From positions 37,236-101,235 of the forward strand of contig JAGQWJ010000001.1 of NCBI GenBank assembly GCA_020437395.1: a DNA stretch of 64,000 bases, written 5' to 3'. Shown piece by piece: positions 59,458 through 64,000 of the stretch (position 1 is the stretch's first letter; every line of letters starts with the position of its first letter). A program made the position numbers and the translations under genes. Below the pieces are notes generated by a model, which ran no database searches, was not told where the DNA came from, and was given only the letters and a program-made list of their open reading frames with translations. This DNA comes from Ignavibacteriota bacterium. Lineage in GTDB: Bacteria; Bacteroidota; Ignavibacteria; Kapaibacteriales; UBA2268.

Positions 59458-59874
59458 ATGAAACGGCTTACGCCCATTTTGGTGCCACTCAAAGGGCACG
59501 ACTCTTTCAAAAGAGTATTAGGCAAAGCAACAATTGTTAGGACTAATAATTTCTTAGGTGCTTTTGTTCCTAATACTTCAATTATTGTACCTGTCAGCTT
59601 TGGTATTTCTGTGCCAAAGCGACATGCAAAAAAAGCTGTAGTAAGGAATAGGACTAAAAGACTAATCAAAGAATCGTTGATTAGCTTAGCACAAAACGAA
59701 AAGGAGAAACTACTAACTTTCGAAGAGTTTGTATTAATTAGAACTGTAAAATTACCTTCTCATCCCAAATTTGTTAGATTAGACGAAGTTAAATCAGAAA
59801 TTTTTGCTTTGTTTGATAAAGCGGTAATGAGAATAGGACAAAATAATGAAACACATACTAATAGGATTGATTAG
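59458..59874 (+). CDS. rnpA: Ribonuclease P protein component
   Basis: Basic 138-aa protein immediately after rpm[20 protein letters not shown] matches the RnpA RNR motif. Confidence 0.85.
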   Translation: MKRLTPILVPLKGHDSFKRVLGKATIVRTNNFLGAFVPNTSIIVPVSFGISVPKRHAKKAVVRNRTKRLIKESLISLAQNEKEKLLTFEEFVLIRTVKLPSHPKFVRLDEVKSEIFALFDKAVMRIGQNNETHTNRID

Positions 59875-60088
59875 AATCTACAAATCATTCATTTCTCCAT
59901 TACTTCCAAATTCATGTAGATTTCACCCAACTTGCTCAACTTACTCAATGGAAGCCATTAGAACTCACGGCTCCCTGAAAGGTATATATTTATCAATAAT
60001 TAGAATTTCAAAATGTCATCCTTTTCACAAAGGAGGACTAGACCCTGTACCAACAGTTAATCCGAAGAAAGGAAAAAATAATGGATAG
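59846..60088 (+). CDS. yidD: Membrane protein insertion efficiency factor YidD
   Basis: [35 protein letters not shown] matches the YidD (DUF37) signature. Confidence 0.85.
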   Translation: MKHILIGLIRIYKSFISPLLPNSCRFHPTCSTYSMEAIRTHGSLKGIYLSIIRISKCHPFHKGGLDPVPTVNPKKGKNNG

Positions 60089-61940
60089 AAATAGTATATT
60101 AGCCATAATCTTAATTTCACTACTTATTCTTGGATATATGTTCTATAGTTCACAGAACATACCAGAACAATCAGAGATTAAAAAAGCAGATAGCACCGTA
60201 ATAAAATCTGAAGATAGTAAGGATGCGGAATCACTTTTTAAAAATGACAATAATTCAACAACTCAGACTGGCTCTGAGAATCAACAATTACAATACGGTA
60301 AGTTTCAATCCTTTACCAAAGGCAAAAGGGAAGTTGTAACAATTGAATCTGATCTTTATATAGCTAAGCTAAGTTCAAAAGGTGGCGATTTAATTAGTTG
60401 GGAATTAAAAGACTATAATAAATGGGATGGAGTACCATCGCAATTAATAAACGACAAGGAAGGTGTACTATTTCTTGATTTTATTTCAACAGACGGCAAA
60501 GACATAGACTCTAGAAATCTTTATTTCAAATTTGATAACGATGAAAGAAATATAAAAATATCTGGAGACCAAACACATACAATTACTGCTACTTTGGAAG
60601 TTGAACCTGGAAAAACTATTACAAAGGTTTATAAATTCTCTGGTAATAAGTTCGCATTCAACACTGGTGTTGAATTAAAGAATATGGAAGAATATATTCC
60701 GCGTAACTATCTATACAAATGGACAAAAGGGTTAACATACCAAGAGAAGAACTCAGTAGATGAGTCAGGTGAAGCACATGCTTTAGTCCAAATGAACGGC
60801 GAAGTAGTTGAATTAGATGCAACAGATGACGAAAAGAAAGTAACTCGCGAAGGTATAATTGACTTTATTGGTACTAAGACAAAATACTTCGGTGCTGCAA
60901 TCAAGCCAAAAGATTTTGACGGTGAAATATTGATGACTGCGGAGAGCATTGCCTATCCGAAGACAGAAGGAATGGTAGAAACTTATGATTTATCCATCAA
61001 GATTCCTTACAGCGGCGGAACTAAATCGCAAGAGTACTTAGTTTACTTGGGACCATTGAAATTGGACAATGTAGAAAACTATGGATTGAACCGTATGGTT
61101 AACCTTGGATGGTGGGGAATCCGTCATATTGGTGAATATATAATGATGCCAATATTCAACGCAGTACATTACTTTATCCCAAGTTGGGGTATCACAATTA
61201 TTATTTTCTCCATATTCATCAAACTTGCTTTGTATCCTCTGTCAATTACTCAGATGAAGAACGCAAACAAGATGAAAATACTTACACCAGAAGTAACAAA
61301 GATAAGAGAAAAATACAAAGACGAACCACAAGTACAACAAAAAGAGATGATGGCACTTTACTCCCAATATGGAGTAAATCCTGCAAGTGGTTGTTTGCCA
61401 ATGCTTTTGCAAATGCCAATACTCTATTCACTTTGGACTCTATTTAGGACAAATATAGATTTGCGCCAATCAGAGTTTATACTTTGGATACACGATTTAT
61501 CCGTGCCCGACACTTTGGTTCATTTTGGAACATCTATATTAGGTATATCTTCAATTAGTGGATTAGCTTTGGCTATGGGTATATCTATGTTTGTCCAACA
61601 AAAGATGACTATTTCTGATCCTAAGCAAAAGGCAATGGTCTATGTTATGCCTTTTATGTTTATTTTCTTATTCTCTTCTTTCCCAGCTGGGTTGAACCTT
61701 TACTATTTTATGTTCAACGTATTGGGAATTGGTCAACAGCTATATATCAATAATTTTGCTAAAGATAGAGTGACTTCGATTCACGATATGAAGAAAGTCA
61801 ATAAGAAAAAAGGTTGGTTAGCAACAAAGATGGAAGAAGCACAAAAAATAGCTGAAGCACAAGGCAAAGTTCCTCCAGGTAGCAAAGGGAAAAAAGGATT
61901 GAATCCATCTAATCCAAATCACAGAAAGAAAAAGAAATAG
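60081..61940 (+). CDS. yidC: Membrane protein insertase YidC
   Basis: 619 aa. N-terminal TM, large periplasmic domain, conserved 5-TM 60-kDa-IMP core, Lys-rich C-tail. Confidence 0.9.
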   Translation: MDRNSILAIILISLLILGYMFYSSQNIPEQSEIKKADSTVIKSEDSKDAESLFKNDNNSTTQTGSENQQLQYGKFQSFTKGKREVVTIESDLYIAKLSSKGGDLISWELKDYNKWDGVPSQLINDKEGVLFLDFISTDGKDIDSRNLYFKFDNDERNIKISGDQTHTITATLEVEPGKTITKVYKFSGNKFAFNTGVELKNMEEYIPRNYLYKWTKGLTYQEKNSVDESGEAHALVQMNGEVVELDATDDEKKVTREGIIDFIGTKTKYFGAAIKPKDFDGEILMTAESIAYPKTEGMVETYDLSIKIPYSGGTKSQEYLVYLGPLKLDNVENYGLNRMVNLGWWGIRHIGEYIMMPIFNAVHYFIPSWGITIIIFSIFIKLALYPLSITQMKNANKMKILTPEVTKIREKYKDEPQVQQKEMMALYSQYGVNPASGCLPMLLQMPILYSLWTLFRTNIDLRQSEFILWIHDLSVPDTLVHFGTSILGISSISGLALAMGISMFVQQKMTISDPKQKAMVYVMPFMFIFLFSSFPAGLNLYYFMFNVLGIGQQLYINNFAKDRVTSIHDMKKVNKKKGWLATKMEEAQKIAEAQGKVPPGSKGKKGLNPSNPNHRKKKK

Positions 61941-62061
61941 TTAGAAAATTTAATTTTCTTTCGCACAAAAGTAACTAAAATCAGTTTATATTGTCTTTTT
62001 GAAGGGCTACTAATTTGATATTTGTTAAATTAGTAGCTAATATAATTCAAAGACATTAGAA

Positions 62062-64000
62062 ATGAAAAATATACGAATTTATAGTTCAGCATTAATTTTA
62101 ACTTTGGTTTTCGCATTAAGTGGATGTCCAGAAGAAAACGATTCGTTGGTAAATCCGCCTTCGCAAGCGGAGACCGTAAACGTTCGGTTCATTAATCTTG
62201 CCGGTGACAATCAACCTCGTTCACTTAAAATGACTGAATTTGTTACACCAGATATTGCTTATGCACAATCAAGCGAAACTTTTAACCCACCAGATGACAG
62301 CACATTCGCTATGGTCATCAAAGGTGGTAACGAAGAATACGGCCCAGAAAAACAAATAAAGTTCTTCAGAAATCTGACTTATACATTTTTTGCATTACCA
62401 ACATCACCAAGCGATAGTTTACATCCATTGCCAGTTGATACACTTATTGGGATTAATACATCTTTGACCATCCCCAAAGTAACGAATGACGGATTTGTAA
62501 GGTTAATAAATGCATATCCTGAAAATTCATCAACATTTTCTTTAGTATTAGGTTGCCCTGGTGGCACATCTCTTGCACCTGGTGTACGTTACAGGGGCTT
62601 CAGTAGCTCAGAGCCAATACTCTCGGGAGAAAATACGTTCAGCGTTATTCATAATCATGATGGTAAGATGGAATCATTAGGACTTTTCCGATTAGATATG
62701 GTTCCAAAAGGAGAATATTCATTTGTTGTAGTATATGGCCAATCTGGCAAACCAGTAGTCTATGTATTAGATGAACTAAACCCATCGGCAAATGCTTTTG
62801 CTCCAGCTCAGGAAGTTGAAGCAAAAGCTACAAACATTAGAACAATTAATTTCTCATCAAAAACTTTTGATGTTAATTTAGATGACGAACTTATAGTATC
62901 TAATCCTAAGAAAGAATTCATTAATAGCTACAACCAATATACTGCATGTAGTGGTACTTCAATTTCTTCACTTAATGTGGTAAATAGTGGCGATACGCTA
63001 TCAAATCTATTTACATCGCTTGAAGTACTACGCAACTATTCACTGTACCTATTTGATGAAGGTGACAAAATAAGGCAAATATTGGCTCCACCATTTAAGG
63101 TCTTTGGGGAAGCTGAAGGAAAATCAATAATCAGGGTAGTGAACGGCAATCCGGACTATAGCGGAATAACGGTTGCATTTGGAGCCAGGGAGATAGCTGG
63201 TTCAAACGAGTTGAAATATGGCGAAACTATTGCCAGAGATGTGAAGTTTGGTCAAGTATCAAACATTGGATTATTTGAACCTGGGTTGTCACCAATCACA
63301 CTTTTTGCTGCTACTCAACCAGCACAATATATTACTGGTGTTAATATTAATTTAGAAGAAAACAAAAGTTATACTTTAGTACTTTATAAAAAAGAAGACG
63401 GCTCTCCTGCATTTACTATAATCGAAGATAATGAGGAAAACACCAATACAAAAGAAATTGAAGAGGGAGTATTTGTGCAGGTAGTAAATGGAGTTGCAGG
63501 ACCCTCATCTGTACGAATTGGGATTGAACCGATTATAAGCGAAAGTACAAATCAATTATTTTACGGTTTGAATTTAGCAACAGTAATACCAACCGGAACG
63601 ACTGAGATAAGCGTGAACGGTAAGAAAAGAACAATTGATCTTGAGAAAGGTAAACGACTTCTGATTGTTGCATCTGGAACAACAGGCAATGAAAGAATAT
63701 TGACATATCAGAGCGATCCTATTGAGAAATATGATGATATGTACAAAATACGTTTCCTCAATGCCAGTTCAGAAATAGAAAGGATAACTGTAAGTAGGTT
63801 TAACTTAATTGATTGTCCTGCTTGTCCAATCTTGGCTAATAATATTGCATACGACGAGTTATCTTTCATACAAGATGTAAGATCCGAAGCAAAAATATCA
63901 TTATTCGTTTACAATCCAGATGATTATGGTAAACTTTATCATAGAGTTGATGATTTGAAACTCAATTTTAATAAAGCTTATACTTTTATTTTCACAGGTA
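62062..64000 (+). CDS. DUF4397-repeat lipoprotein (3' end truncated by the window edge)
   Basis: Lipobox ALSGC. At least 5 repeats of the V-R-f-[IV]-N motif (VRFINLAGD, VRLINAYPENSS, IRVVNGNPDYSG, VQVVNGVAGPSS, IRFLNASSEIER) typical of DUF4397. Confidence 0.55.
   Translation, partial: MKNIRIYSSALILTLVFALSGCPEENDSLVNPPSQAETVNVRFINLAGDNQPRSLKMTEFVTPDIAYAQSSETFNPPDDSTFAMVIKGGNEEYGPEKQIKFFRNLTYTFFALPTSPSDSLHPLPVDTLIGINTSLTIPKVTNDGFVRLINAYPENSSTFSLVLGCPGGTSLAPGVRYRGFSSSEPILSGENTFSVIHNHDGKMESLGLFRLDMVPKGEYSFVVVYGQSGKPVVYVLDELNPSANAFAPAQEVEAKATNIRTINFSSKTFDVNLDDELIVSNPKKEFINSYNQYTACSGTSISSLNVVNSGDTLSNLFTSLEVLRNYSLYLFDEGDKIRQILAPPFKVFGEAEGKSIIRVVNGNPDYSGITVAFGAREIAGSNELKYGETIARDVKFGQVSNIGLFEPGLSPITLFAATQPAQYITGVNINLEENKSYTLVLYKKEDGSPAFTIIEDNEENTNTKEIEEGVFVQVVNGVAGPSSVRIGIEPIISESTNQLFYGLNLATVIPTGTTEISVNGKKRTIDLEKGKRLLIVASGTTGNERILTYQSDPIEKYDDMYKIRFLNASSEIERITVSRFNLIDCPACPILANNIAYDELSFIQDVRSEAKISLFVYNPDDYGKLYHRVDDLKLNFNKAYTFIFTG

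Noticed and set aside
1-64000. CRISPR arrays, tRNA/rRNA genes
   Set aside because: No regularly spaced direct repeats were found. Intergenic regions longer than 100 bp were inspected for T-loop (GTTCGAATC-like) and cloverleaf features; none was convincing. The few GTTCGA matches are inside coding sequences.

Overview
AT-rich chromosomal window, densely packed with mostly minus-strand genes, from a flagellated organism that also uses type IX secretion (T9SS). An Ignavibacteria/Melioribacter-like lineage in the Bacteroidota–Chlorobi group would fit this combination. Housekeeping genes: dapD, lon, ilvE, aat, class A PBP, hppD, and rpmH-rnpA-yidD-yidC. A Bacillus/spirochaete-style flagellar operon runs flgB-flgC-orf98-fliE-fliF-fliG-fliH-fliI-fliJ-orf231-fliK-flgD-orf129-flgE. 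Elsewhere there are two tandem flagellin genes. A TonB-dependent heme-uptake locus has two HmuY-like proteins (one T9SS-sorted) plus a ChuS/HmuS-family protein. A translationally coupled cluster of TetR – membrane protein – histidine-rich lipoprotein – diheme cytochrome c lies upstream of a tripartite RND efflux operon; a 22-nt motif occurs twice there and may be the TetR operator. A large multi-PAS hybrid sensor kinase is present. An IS200-like solo tnpA sits next to a decayed beta-propeller gene. A ~210-bp MITE-like element with nested inverted repeats lies upstream of a SulP transporter. Three consensus DnaA boxes in an AT-rich stretch coincide with a switch in gene orientation next to rpmH-rnpA-yidC, suggesting a candidate oriC. 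I found no CRISPR arrays, tRNAs or rRNAs.
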